This document shows positions 19,533 through 29,760 of a stretch of DNA of 64,000 nt, one piece after another (positions within the stretch are counted from its first letter, which is position 1; each line of letters opens with the position of its first letter). Both the position numbers and the translations under genes were made by a program. The DNA is from Candidatus Binatia bacterium. Its GTDB lineage: Bacteria > Desulfobacterota > Binatia > UBA9968 > CAXXLF01. The notes beneath the pieces were generated by a model. The model worked only from the letters and a program-made list of their open reading frames with translations. It did no database searches and was not told where the DNA came from. The stretch lies in NCBI GenBank assembly GCA_963664015.2, contig CAXXLF010000002.1:1568001-1632000 (forward strand), in the 5' to 3' direction.

Positions 19533-21401
19533 CTACCAGGCGGAACGGATATACCAGAGTCCCCCATTGGGTAAGGTCGGTCGCAGGATAGAGTTGACTT
19601 TCGAGAGATCGATTGGATCCGAGTTTTGTGGCGGCTTGGGGTAAGAAAGCTGGAATCGCTTCTCGTTTAATAGATACATATGGACGTCGAAGTCGACGTA
19701 TTTGAACGGTCTGGATTTCCTATCCTTGCGCAGCATAATAAACCCGTGCTCGTTTTGAGCACTGAATTCGCTCAGGAATTCGTCTTTCCAAGCGCCGCCA
19801 TCTTCTGCAAGATCCGTCGGAGTGTCCTGGGCGCTAAGCGCGTCAAAGGCAAACCGGTTATCGATTTCCAGGATCGAGTAAAACGGGAGAACGGTCTTGA
19901 ATCCCGCCAATCGCATGGTGTTGGAATGGATAGGCCAGGTGCCGCTATGTTTGATCTGGATCGGGCGGCCCGTTCCGTCCCGTTGAAAGAGCACATAGAG
20001 GCCGGAAGCGTCGAGCGCTGCGAACCCGTCGTCGGCAAGTCGCTTCCTGACGAAATGGTAGAATTCTCGGCTGTAGAGCTTCGAAAGATTGTAGTCCATG
20101 ACGTCCGGGAAGTCCATGTAAATGGCATCGTATTTCTTACCAGCATAGTTGCGCAGGTATTGGAACCCATCCATAAAAATGCTGCGAACCCGCGGGTTGT
20201 GAAAGGATCCCTGGTTCATGGTCCTGAGGATGGGATGGGTCTTTGCCAGGTCTACCAGCTTTTGATCGATGTCGACGTGAACGATGCTTTTTATTTCCTT
20301 GTATTTGAGAAGTTCCCGATGAATAAGACCGTCACCGCCCCCCAGGACCAGAACCCGTTCCGGCACCTTGCCGCCCATGATGATTGGGACATGGGCAAAC
20401 CATTCGTGATAAACTTCTTCAACATTAGAGGCGAACTGGAAATCTCCGTTGAGAAATAGAAAGTGGTTCTTCGGCTGCCGCGGGTCTTCGAAAAACTTGG
20501 AAGAGTAGTGTTCAATGAAATCGTCATAGGGATCGGGATCCCGGACGATATCAATTTTTTGATACGGGGAGCTCTCCCGAAAGACATCCGGTAATTCGGG
20601 CATCGGTTCGATCAAAGAGGCCAAGTTAAAAGAGGCCTCTTGGTAGTAGTAGTACTTTTTCAACGCATACTGCTCGATCTTTCTTGCGGACAAGCAACCG
20701 AGCACGAGCACCGCGGCAAAGGCCCCACACCCGGCCAATTTTAGGATCGTACGGGGGCGTTGGAAGAGAAATCGGAGCAGAATGTAGGCTGCGATGAGCA
20801 GGTTGAGAGCGGCGATGGCAAAGCCAATGGTGTGGAGATCCAGAAACGGGACCAGATAGATGGGAAAAGTGATGCCTGCCGCCAGGGCTCCGATATAATC
20901 CCAACCGAGCACCCTATTGGTTACCTTCGTTCCGGCGGCCGCCTTGTTGCCGAGATGGATGAGGAGCGGCAACTCCGTGCCTGTGAGAATTCCGATCAGA
21001 AATGTAATCGCAAACCAGATGCCGAAGAAGACGACACTGCCCAGAACCAACGAGTTCCGGGTGGTTTGAAAAAGGTAAAAGAAATGGCCGAAATTCAACA
21101 AGATAACGGCGGATGCACCAACGAGGCTGAGCAGGATCTCGACCCGAAAGAGGCGGCTCCAGTCCTCAGATTCAGTCGGCGGTCCACAGAGGATCGCACC
21201 CACGCCCATGGCGGCCAGATAGGTACCAATCGTGACGCTGTACCAGACAACCATGTTCCCGGCCATCAGACTCAACGTCTGCGCCACAAGTAACTCGTAC
21301 AGCAGACTGCACCCGGAGAGAATAAACGACAGGACGCACACACTTGCCAAGGACGCCTTTGGCGGAACGCCGAGTAACGAGGTTGGCTTACTAATGTTCA
21401 A
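19533..21401 (-). CDS. Membrane-anchored spermidine synthase-like aminopropyltransferase
   Basis: N-terminal TM domain (SLLYELL, GTELPL, DYIGA); C-terminal SPYQKI, YHE, VLVLGGGDG, VDID, DFPD and LYSREFY. Confidence 0.88.
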   Translation of the reverse strand: MNISKPTSLLGVPPKASLASVCVLSFILSGCSLLYELLVAQTLSLMAGNMVVWYSVTIGTYLAAMGVGAILCGPPTESEDWSRLFRVEILLSLVGASAVILLNFGHFFYLFQTTRNSLVLGSVVFFGIWFAITFLIGILTGTELPLLIHLGNKAAAGTKVTNRVLGWDYIGALAAGITFPIYLVPFLDLHTIGFAIAALNLLIAAYILLRFLFQRPRTILKLAGCGAFAAVLVLGCLSARKIEQYALKKYYYYQEASFNLASLIEPMPELPDVFRESSPYQKIDIVRDPDPYDDFIEHYSSKFFEDPRQPKNHFLFLNGDFQFASNVEEVYHEWFAHVPIIMGGKVPERVLVLGGGDGLIHRELLKYKEIKSIVHVDIDQKLVDLAKTHPILRTMNQGSFHNPRVRSIFMDGFQYLRNYAGKKYDAIYMDFPDVMDYNLSKLYSREFYHFVRKRLADDGFAALDASGLYVLFQRDGTGRPIQIKHSGTWPIHSNTMRLAGFKTVLPFYSILEIDNRFAFDALSAQDTPTDLAEDGGAWKDEFLSEFSAQNEHGFIMLRKDRKSRPFKYVDFDVHMYLLNEKRFQLSYPKPPQNSDPIDLSKVNSILRPTLPNGGLWYIRSAW

Positions 21402-21424
21402 CTTGACCTCGGACCCATTTCCGC

Positions 21425-22105
21425 TCAGGTTCCCAGGTAGTACCTTAGAAAGAGTTCGTTGATGTCACTGCCCGATGCAAGGCACACGACCATAATAACC
21501 AGCAGAACAGACTGCACACCGATCAGCGCCCCCGCCAGCCTCTTTTCCTGCGGTTGGACTTTACCCAACTGAGTCCATAACGCCACTCCTACCAGAGCGT
21601 TGAGGGAAGCCACGAAAAACGCCGTGGGGATGAGTCCCACGATGGGATAGAAAAGGAACGCAAAAACCACGGTGCCACAGAACGCACCCAGATAATCGAT
21701 TCCCAAGACCGAATTTTCAGACTGGCCGGTCTCGATATTTTTCAATTGAATGAGTAGCGGGATTTCAAACCCGGTAAAGATCCCGATGATAATGATCAGG
21801 GAATGCGCCAGTGTTGAGAACGCCAGCGAGGGCATACCGATGGAGTCCAGCACAAGAAGGGAGATCACGGAAAAGCCACCGGTCACAGTCAACAATACTT
21901 CGACCGTAAGCAGAGTGACGACGGGACGTTTAACGAATCTCCCTTCGGCCATTAAGCAACCGACCCCCATGGAAAGCATGTACAGCCCGATGGTGACGCT
22001 GTAGCGCAATACCGTGTTACCTAGAAATGCAGAGAGTGATTGTCCCAGCAGAAGCTCGTAGGCAATACTGCAAAAAGCCAATATGAATGTGAAGACGTAT
22101 ATCAT
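21425..22105 (-). CDS. Stand-alone membrane domain of spermidine synthase-like proteins
   Basis: CSIAYELL, YSVTIGLY, GFEIPLL and DYLGA, paralogous to the N-terminus of 19533-21401; no catalytic domain. Confidence 0.8.
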   Translation of the reverse strand: MIYVFTFILAFCSIAYELLLGQSLSAFLGNTVLRYSVTIGLYMLSMGVGCLMAEGRFVKRPVVTLLTVEVLLTVTGGFSVISLLVLDSIGMPSLAFSTLAHSLIIIIGIFTGFEIPLLIQLKNIETGQSENSVLGIDYLGAFCGTVVFAFLFYPIVGLIPTAFFVASLNALVGVALWTQLGKVQPQEKRLAGALIGVQSVLLVIMVVCLASGSDINELFLRYYLGT

Positions 22106-22183
22106 CGAAACCCCTCAGTGTCGGACTCTAAAATAGTGCGCCTGGAATTACAAATGAAACGATGTTTTTCATAGGTGCTCGGG

Positions 22184-24268
22184 TCACTCCCAATTCAGTA
22201 ACGGCAGAAGGCTAGTGTATTCATCGGTCCAAAGCCGTACTTGGTCGTACTTCTCCGTATTTTCCGTCGCCGCCAGAAGCAGTGGCCCCGCGAGGACCTC
22301 CTCATCCCGTGCCAGGATCATCCAGTGGGCCCCCCAATTCTGATTGGGACCCATTTTAGAGTCAATTCTTATGGCTGCCAGGTCGAAATGGTCCGCCAGA
22401 CGCCTGATCACAGGCTCGAAATCGAGATGAAAGGTATCGATCAACAGGGCGAGCACCCCATCGGGCTTGAGATGGCGAAGGTAGGTCTCGAAGGCCTCTG
22501 CAGTCAACAGATGCACAGGAATAGCGTCGCCCGAGAAGGCATCGAGCAAGAGGATATCGAACTCCTGTGGCGGCTCCCGCTCTAAAGACAAACGGGCATC
22601 ACCCATAACGATCTCGATATCCGCCGGGGAGTCTTTTAGATAGGAAAAGTAGGACTCGGCCAGGCGCCGGATTTCCGGGTTGATTTCGTAGACCCTCACC
22701 GTATCCTCCGCGCCGGCGTAGGTAACGAGGGTACCCGCTCCCAACCCTACCAGACCGATGCGCCGCTGGCGCTGGGGGGAGAGGTATCGGAAGGCCAGTC
22801 CAGCCCCGCTCTCCTCGGTGTAATAACCTGTCGCCAGATGGCGCTTATCAGAAGCCGTGAACTGCGCCCCGTGGAGAACCCGGCCGTGGCGCAGGTGGAG
22901 TTGCTCCCCGGGTAAACCGGGGGAGAGCTTCAGAATGGTCAAGATACCGTAGAAGTTTCGGGTCTGGATGATTGCCGATCGGAGCGGTTCCCGGGCCTGA
23001 ACAATAAACAACGCTACGATGACCCCGTACGAGACAAGCAGGGGAATCGTCCCCCACGAAACGCCTCTTTGATGAAACCAGGAGCGTTTGTCTGCGTAAA
23101 GGGCAACAAAGCAGAGCGCCCCGGTGCCGAGCAAGCCGATATGGAGTTCGAAATAATCGACGAAAAGGAACGGCGCGACGAGCGTTACGAACACGCCGCC
23201 CAAGGCCCCTCCCAGTGCGATCATCAGGTAGTAACCGGTCAGGTATCTGGGATGGGGTTTCAGGCGGCTGAGTTCACCATGGCAAACCATACAGCAAACG
23301 AAAAGGACCAGGAGATAGGTTATCAGCTGGGATATGACGCTGGTGTGGTGCTGCCCCCAAACCATAACGAGGGCAGCCATCAAGGCCGGGAGAAGTACGG
23401 AGACAAAGACCCGGCGAGAATACCAGCGTTCCCCCTCGAAGCACAGGATGAAGGTCAAGAGATAAATGGACAAGGGCAATACCCAGAGGAACGGGACGAC
23501 GACCAGGTCCATGGTAATCTGGTTAGTGACCGCCAGGAGCAGCACCGCCGCACAGGCCGAGAGCAACAGCCAGAGAGCGACCGTCCCGGCGGACGGGCGT
23601 TGGAACACCTCATCCGGTGAATCGGGCCGCGCCTGCGCTGTCGATTCTGTCGCCCCGCGCCTCCAGATTCCCCAAGCACAGATGATGGATGCCAACGCAA
23701 AGACTGCAAAACCAATCCCCCAGAAATGCGCTTGGACGCTCCTGGAAAAAACCGGCTCGAAGACGAACGGATAGCTCAGTAGAGCAAGCAGGGAACCCGT
23801 ATTGGACAGAGCGTAGAGCCGGTAGGGAGAAACCCCTGGGTGTTCGCTGCTGAACCAGGCCTGCATCAGCGGCGTTGTTGAGGCAAGAACAAAGTAAGGA
23901 AGGCCGAGGGACACGCCGAGCAGTAATAGGATGTCCGACGTGGGCGTAGACGAAGAGAGCGGTTTCCAATCGCCGTCCGGTGTGATGGGTAGCTGGAGCA
24001 AGGCCGCCAACAGGATGGCGCCGTGCAGCGCTGCCTGCACGCGAGGCCCGAACTTGCGGACACTCAGATGAGCGTATCCGTAGCCCGCGAAAAGAAAGAC
24101 CTGAAAAAATAAAATGCAGGTCGGCCACACCGACGGCCCACCGCCAAACCAGGGTAAGACATACTTGGCGATCAGGGGTTGCACCTGAAAGAGAAGAAAC
24201 GCCGAGACAAAGATCGTTACGGCGTAAGGAAGGATGCCCGCCGTCGGGAGAAACGTGTACCGAGTCAT
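22184..24268 (-). CDS. Fused membrane / spermidine synthase-like SAM-binding protein
   Basis: SAFLLFQVQP, PYRLYALSN.GS, CHGEL, GLGAGT and LDAFSGDAIPVHLLT motifs. Confidence 0.88.
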   Translation of the reverse strand: MTRYTFLPTAGILPYAVTIFVSAFLLFQVQPLIAKYVLPWFGGGPSVWPTCILFFQVFLFAGYGYAHLSVRKFGPRVQAALHGAILLAALLQLPITPDGDWKPLSSSTPTSDILLLLGVSLGLPYFVLASTTPLMQAWFSSEHPGVSPYRLYALSNTGSLLALLSYPFVFEPVFSRSVQAHFWGIGFAVFALASIICAWGIWRRGATESTAQARPDSPDEVFQRPSAGTVALWLLLSACAAVLLLAVTNQITMDLVVVPFLWVLPLSIYLLTFILCFEGERWYSRRVFVSVLLPALMAALVMVWGQHHTSVISQLITYLLVLFVCCMVCHGELSRLKPHPRYLTGYYLMIALGGALGGVFVTLVAPFLFVDYFELHIGLLGTGALCFVALYADKRSWFHQRGVSWGTIPLLVSYGVIVALFIVQAREPLRSAIIQTRNFYGILTILKLSPGLPGEQLHLRHGRVLHGAQFTASDKRHLATGYYTEESGAGLAFRYLSPQRQRRIGLVGLGAGTLVTYAGAEDTVRVYEINPEIRRLAESYFSYLKDSPADIEIVMGDARLSLEREPPQEFDILLLDAFSGDAIPVHLLTAEAFETYLRHLKPDGVLALLIDTFHLDFEPVIRRLADHFDLAAIRIDSKMGPNQNWGAHWMILARDEEVLAGPLLLAATENTEKYDQVRLWTDEYTSLLPLLNWE

Positions 24269-24497
24269 CTTCGAACATCACCCACGACGAGAGTTGGATC
24301 CAACCGGGAACGCCCACGGGCCCGGGAACCGTTTTTTCGGTTAATGTTCGGCTGCCCTACCATGAAGCAGAAGCTACCCAAGCCTGCGGCCTATTGCAAA
24401 CTGGCCTGTTGGGCCGAGCCATGAGAAACCCGTTGGGGCCATAGGACCAGGACCGGCGGGGCGGTGAATCGAGTTCAGGACGAAGGGGGACTCTTTC

Positions 24498-26120
24498 TCA
24501 ATCCAAATGAATGTCCACGACAATGAAGTCATCGGACCCAAGCGCGTCCTGGAGCACTGGCCGCACCTGTTCCCGTTGAGTTACAGTAACACCCTTGGCG
24601 TCATAAAGCTCCGCAAGACGTGCGAGGTCGGGGACGAAGAGGTTCGTACCGATCACTCGTCCGCCGTAGTTCTTCAGTTGGTCGCGCTTCATACCGCCGT
24701 AGGCGTTGTTGCGGAGCACGATGACCAGAACAGGTATGCCGTGCAGGCGGGCGGTGGCGAGCTCTTGTTGTTCCATCATAAACGAGCCGTCCCCCGTGAC
24801 GCAGACCACCCGTGTATCGGGAAGACCCAGTTTCACTCCAAGAGATGTCGCGAAAGCCGTCCCGATGGCACGGAACTCCCCGGCATGAATGAGCGGCCTC
24901 GATGCGTCAGTATGGCGGATCACTTCGCCGGTCAGCCCCGAGGCGACCAGGATCTCTTTGCCGGTCAACAGCTCGTTCAGAGTCGCCAGGGCAAAATCCT
25001 TGGTCAGCCCCTGACCCTCGATCTGTTTTTTCAGATCGCTGTGCCAAGCCCGTTTCGCCTCCTGGATCTCGGAAGCCCTCTTGTCAGTCCGCGCAGCCGG
25101 TTTTTTCCGTTTAACCTCGGTAATGATCGCGCGCAGCGCGGCCTTGGCATCCGCCTGGATTGCAAGGTGACTAGGAAAATTGCGACCAAGCTCACGAGGG
25201 TCGATGTCGACCTGGATGATCTTGACTTTTTCAGGGATAATCCGGTGGCCGAAGCGCAAGGTGGTTCCTTCACTGAAAGTTGTTCCCAGAGCTAGAATGA
25301 GGTCCGACTCGATGAGAAATTTTTGCGCGTAGGGCCTCCCACCGACCCCCGGGCATCCCAGGGCGAGGGGATGATCTTCTGGAAAGACACCCTTAGCCGT
25401 ATAACTAGCCACCACCGGCAACGACAGGTGCTCCGCCAGCTCTCGAACCTCCTCCCCGGCACCGGACCAGTCGACCCCGGTCCCGACCAGGACCACGGGC
25501 GCGCTCGCCTCGAGCAAAAGCTCGGCGGCGGATTCGGCCGCCCGCGGGTCGATGGAGGGAAATACGGGGGCGGCGGGTTGCGACAGGTGTAAGGCCTCGG
25601 GCACAGGAGCGCTCTGCACGTCCGTTGGAATACCCAAGTAAACCGGCCCCGGCCGGCCATGGGTGGTCAGTCGGAAAAGCGGGTCCAACACGGTGCCAAC
25701 CTCTCCCGCGCGCTCGAGCTTGAAACTCTGCTTAGTAATGGGTTGAAACAGTCCAGCATGGTCCATCCCATGCCACGAGGACCACGGCCCTTTCGCGTTG
25801 GATGCCGAATCGATTTCCGAGGATATGACGAATAGGGGGACCGATTCTTTATGGGCCTGGGCTACGGCTGTTGTGATATTGGTGGCACCTCCCCCTGCGG
25901 AGACCAGGCAGACCGCCGGCTGCTTGGTCGCGCGGGCGTAACCGAGGGCCATATTACCTGCGCCTCCCTCATGCTGAGCCTGGACAAATTTAAGGTTAGG
26001 ACGCTTCGCGATAGCATCGCCAAGGGCAAAAGAACTATGCGCGAGAATTCCGAAGATGTACCGGACCCCTCTCGAACTCAAATACTCGACGACCGCATCC
26101 GATAGGTTTGCTTCCGCCAT
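24498..26120 (-). CDS. Thiamine diphosphate-dependent enzyme (acetolactate synthase-like)
   Basis: HEGGAG, GRPGPVY and GDGSF...NNAYG ThDP motif. Confidence 0.9.
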   Translation of the reverse strand: MAEANLSDAVVEYLSSRGVRYIFGILAHSSFALGDAIAKRPNLKFVQAQHEGGAGNMALGYARATKQPAVCLVSAGGGATNITTAVAQAHKESVPLFVISSEIDSASNAKGPWSSWHGMDHAGLFQPITKQSFKLERAGEVGTVLDPLFRLTTHGRPGPVYLGIPTDVQSAPVPEALHLSQPAAPVFPSIDPRAAESAAELLLEASAPVVLVGTGVDWSGAGEEVRELAEHLSLPVVASYTAKGVFPEDHPLALGCPGVGGRPYAQKFLIESDLILALGTTFSEGTTLRFGHRIIPEKVKIIQVDIDPRELGRNFPSHLAIQADAKAALRAIITEVKRKKPAARTDKRASEIQEAKRAWHSDLKKQIEGQGLTKDFALATLNELLTGKEILVASGLTGEVIRHTDASRPLIHAGEFRAIGTAFATSLGVKLGLPDTRVVCVTGDGSFMMEQQELATARLHGIPVLVIVLRNNAYGGMKRDQLKNYGGRVIGTNLFVPDLARLAELYDAKGVTVTQREQVRPVLQDALGSDDFIVVDIHLD

Positions 26121-26270
26121 GGTGCCCGTCCTCCTCTACGTTAGGTAATGATAGGCCTCCTTAGTTCAGGTAGGCTCAAAAAGCAACAGGGGATCGAAGA
26201 TTGACAGGTCGTGGGGAATAGACTAAAGAGGCCGGAGATCAACAATAAACCGGTTTCACGGAGGAAAAAG

Positions 26271-27413
26271 ATGTTAGACGGTTACCGCCTTTTTGACGCC
26301 GACGCCCATGTCAGCCTGAGCCCGCGCATGTGGGAGGACCTGGCGGCAGAGTATGCGGTACGGCGACCGCGTCCGGTCAAAGCAAGCGATGCCGCCGACT
26401 CGGGCCGCTACAGCAGCGGCTGGATGATCGACGGCCGAATTATCCCACGTCCAACAGGGCGGGGCGCCCAGCCGGCCAACACACCGTCGGCTATCCTGGA
26501 AGAATTCGGCGCGGCACCTAACCGCAATGAGTTTCCCATCGGGAGCCGGGACCTCTCCGATCCCCAGTCACGTCTCCGCGACATGGACCGACTAGGAATC
26601 GACTACCAGGTCTTGTTCCCGAGCACGCTGTACACCCGCATGACCGAGGATCCGGGTTTTGAGGCGGCTCTGTGGCGTTCCTATAACCGCTACATGGGAC
26701 GGCAGTGCAAATTCGAAGGGAAACGACTCAAATGGGCGGGACTTCTCCCCCTAAGAGACACGAAACAGGCGCTGTTAGCTCTGGAGGAGCTTCAAACTCT
26801 GGGCGCATCGGCAGCGGTGGTTTTCGGCACGGTCGGCGAGCTCCCTCTGTCCCACTCGAGCTTCACTCCGGTCTGGGACGAGTTCCACCGCACCGGCCTC
26901 CCGCTCTGCGTTCACATGGGGATGAGCTATCCGGCCTTTGAAGATTTGTGTCACAACATTTTTACCGCCCATGCCATCGGGATGGGAATCCCTGGTCAAC
27001 TTGGCTTTGTTGCGATCGTAGGCCAGGGCATGCTCGACCGTTATCCCGATCTTAAAGTAGCCTTTCTCGAGTTTGGCGCCGAGTGGTTGCTCTACATGGT
27101 TCAGCGCATGGACCATTATTTGCCCTTAGACAAGGAATTGGAAATGCCGGGGACGAACACCCTACCCCGCAAGAGGATCGAGGAGTACGTCAAATCCGGA
27201 AAACTATTCATCGCCCCCGAAGCCGATGACGGGCTGCTTCTCCAGGAAATCCAGTTGATCGGTAAAGGTCAAATCCTTTACGCATCCGATGTCCCCCATA
27301 ACGAAGGCCGGCAAAACGCGGCCGCAGAGATACTCGAGCGAAACGATCTCTCGGTAGATCAAAAACGAATGTTCCTCTATGACAATACGGTGCGCTTCTT
27401 TGGCGAGCCCTAG
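26271..27413 (+). CDS. Amidohydrolase-2 family protein
   Basis: DADAH, CVHMG, AFLEFGAEW and YASDVPH motifs; ATG after GGAGG. Confidence 0.9.
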   Translation: MLDGYRLFDADAHVSLSPRMWEDLAAEYAVRRPRPVKASDAADSGRYSSGWMIDGRIIPRPTGRGAQPANTPSAILEEFGAAPNRNEFPIGSRDLSDPQSRLRDMDRLGIDYQVLFPSTLYTRMTEDPGFEAALWRSYNRYMGRQCKFEGKRLKWAGLLPLRDTKQALLALEELQTLGASAAVVFGTVGELPLSHSSFTPVWDEFHRTGLPLCVHMGMSYPAFEDLCHNIFTAHAIGMGIPGQLGFVAIVGQGMLDRYPDLKVAFLEFGAEWLLYMVQRMDHYLPLDKELEMPGTNTLPRKRIEEYVKSGKLFIAPEADDGLLLQEIQLIGKGQILYASDVPHNEGRQNAAAEILERNDLSVDQKRMFLYDNTVRFFGEP

Positions 27414-27455
27414 AGGCTAGAGAAAGCGTCATGGGTAGAATCATTAGCCGTCGAT

Positions 27456-28745
27456 TTAGGTGGGCGGCTGAACCAGTGCGGCGTTCTCTTCCCGCATACC
27501 GCGGCGCATGGGCGGAAGCAATGCAAATCCCGTACAGATCAATATCACCATACTCCCACCGATAAACGCTGCTCCAACGGGCCCAAATAAGGAAGCGAGG
27601 GCCCCCAGGTTTACCTGCCCGAGCTGGGGCCCGCCACCGGTGAACATGGAACTCAGCGCCGTGACCCGGCCGCGGAGATTATCTGGGGTTCTCAGTTGAA
27701 CGAATGTCGTCCGCATCACTTCGGATACGATGTTGCCAACACCGTATCCGGCCAGCATCAAGAACGCTACGGGAAGCGTCCTGGAAAAACCGAAACCAAT
27801 CAGGAATACCCCTTGAAGAGCATAGGTCGAGATCATGAGTGGGATCTTGTGGCGAACATCGCCCCTGCTTCCGAGCACCAACCCCCCGACCACCGCCCCC
27901 ACGGAACCGGCCGAGTGTAACAGGCCCAGCGCCTCGGGCCCAAGAAGGAGTATGTCCCGCACGAAAACGGGCAGCAAGACGCGATAGGTACGCATCAGGG
28001 TTACGACAAAGTCCAGGGACAGGGAAATCAGGACCATCGGATTGTCACGGACAAAGCGAAAGCCGCCGAGAACGGCGTCCCAGTTGCGTCCCTGTCCACG
28101 CTTGGGCGCTGGGATCACCGACATCATGATCAGCGCGAATATCACCGCCAGGAAGGTGGCGACGTCGATGGCATAGGCTGTCCCCAAACCAAACAACCCG
28201 ATGACCAACCCGCCGAGGCCGGGACCGATTATCGTCGCCGTCTGGCGCATGAGCGAGTGCAGAGTTAGGGCGTTGGCCAGCTCCGCGCGAGGAACGAGAT
28301 TGGGAAGAATCGACTGGCGCGCCGGGGCGTCAAAGGCCGTTGCCGCCCCGGAGATCACGGCGATGACATAGATGAACGCGGGAGTCACAACTCCCGTGAC
28401 GGTGGCAACAGTAAGCGCCACCGTCGTAGCCATCAATACGCTTTGCGTGGACAGGATCAACCGCTTGCGGCTGACTCGATCGGCCATTGCCCCGCCGACG
28501 AAAGATAGGAGCATAAAAGGGACCACGCGGGAGAGCCCCACAAGACCGACCTGGAGCGTCGAATCGGTCAGGATAAAGATGTGCCAGCCGATGGCCACGT
28601 TCTGCATCTGGTCGCCGATCGTCGAAACGAACTGACCCAACCAGAGCAAGCGAAAGTCCCGATGCCGGAGAGTGGTTAGGGCGTTGCGGCGGGGCGCTGG
28701 CTGATCCAGTGGCTCGCCATTGGACTGAGGTTTCTCGGGTTGCAT
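27456..28745 (-). CDS. MFS transporter (MFS_3 / EntS-like)
   Basis: LRHRDFRLLW, GGAMADRVSRKR, FDAPARQS and LRGRV motifs. Confidence 0.9.
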   Translation of the reverse strand: MQPEKPQSNGEPLDQPAPRRNALTTLRHRDFRLLWLGQFVSTIGDQMQNVAIGWHIFILTDSTLQVGLVGLSRVVPFMLLSFVGGAMADRVSRKRLILSTQSVLMATTVALTVATVTGVVTPAFIYVIAVISGAATAFDAPARQSILPNLVPRAELANALTLHSLMRQTATIIGPGLGGLVIGLFGLGTAYAIDVATFLAVIFALIMMSVIPAPKRGQGRNWDAVLGGFRFVRDNPMVLISLSLDFVVTLMRTYRVLLPVFVRDILLLGPEALGLLHSAGSVGAVVGGLVLGSRGDVRHKIPLMISTYALQGVFLIGFGFSRTLPVAFLMLAGYGVGNIVSEVMRTTFVQLRTPDNLRGRVTALSSMFTGGGPQLGQVNLGALASLFGPVGAAFIGGSMVILICTGFALLPPMRRGMREENAALVQPPT

Positions 28746-28879
28746 GACTGATGGAACAAGGCAGTAGCATCCCCTGGAACGGACTGAAAAGGAGCGGTGT
28801 CCGCTCAGAGTGGGAATCCAACACAGCCGGTGAGTCCGTCATCTCCGCCTCATGGGTACGCCACGGACTCCTCCGATAA

Positions 28880-29416
28880 CTATTCCCTTTTTCCTCCCTC
28901 CAGCCCACTCGTTGTCGAGAGGATCTTTTTCCCGTTGAGGGATATCTCGGTGGTTACGGGGATCGATTTATTCAATGTGTTTTCCACATAACAACGAGCG
29001 CTGGCATCACGAGCCAGGGCTTCGGCCTGATCCACCGGACAGTTGCCCTCCAGGTAGACTTGAAAAATCATATCCTGAAAGGACCTGGTCGCCCCCGAGT
29101 GGTGGGCCCTGGCGGTGACTTTCAATTGATCGATGGGGATATCTTTGGCAATTACCAAACTGGTATATTGCATGGTCAGTCAGCCAGCGGCCCCGGCCAC
29201 AAAGGTGCCCAGTGGCGTGGGGGCTCGATTGGTCCCTCCCCGCACCTCCGGTTCGTCCATCAAGATTTGGAACGACTTGTCATCCGTTTTGTAGACCGCT
29301 TCCAGGGTTTTTTGCTCCTGGTGTTGCACGTCGACCCGAACCGTCCCGATTCGGCCGCCGGGACGTTTGGGGCTCTCGCCTTTAACCTTTTTTACCAGTT
29401 CCGGGATAACACGCAT
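28880..29416 (-). CDS. OsmC/Ohr-family protein, probable selenoprotein (UGA read-through at 29180-29182)
   Basis: ORFs 29180-29416 and 28880-29173 are in frame (537 nt in total): DEP..RGG.N.APTP...AGAAG-UGA-LT, with UGA at the first catalytic Cys position, and ARCYVENTL as the second Cys. Confidence 0.8.
29148..29171 (-). promoter_or_regulatory. Candidate bacterial SECIS hairpin
   Basis: mRNA GCAAU-A-UACCA-GUU-UGGUA-AUUGC; the G-starting loop lies 19 nt after the UGA. Confidence 0.6.
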
Positions 29417-29760
29417 ATTTCCTAACTTCCTTTTCGGGGTATGAAGAAGACTCAGAGTTTCCCGGATACTCCCACAGGAGGGTCCGGGGCGTCAAGTCCA
29501 TTGGACGCCGCCACTGGGGAAACTCACGGATCCGAGATGTTTCGTGGGGTTGACCCACCTTGATTTCACGCTTATTCTTTTTGTTGGATCGGGGTTGACT
29601 AATGCCACCCGGGTGGCTAGTCTTCGCTCGATGGCGAACCGGAACGGGTATTATTCGCTGATCCGATTGCTTTGATGGCGCATCTTCCGAAGACACCTGC
29701 TCAGAGGAAATAACCATACTCGTCTTTAATCAATAATCTATTGCTAAGGAGGAAGCGACT

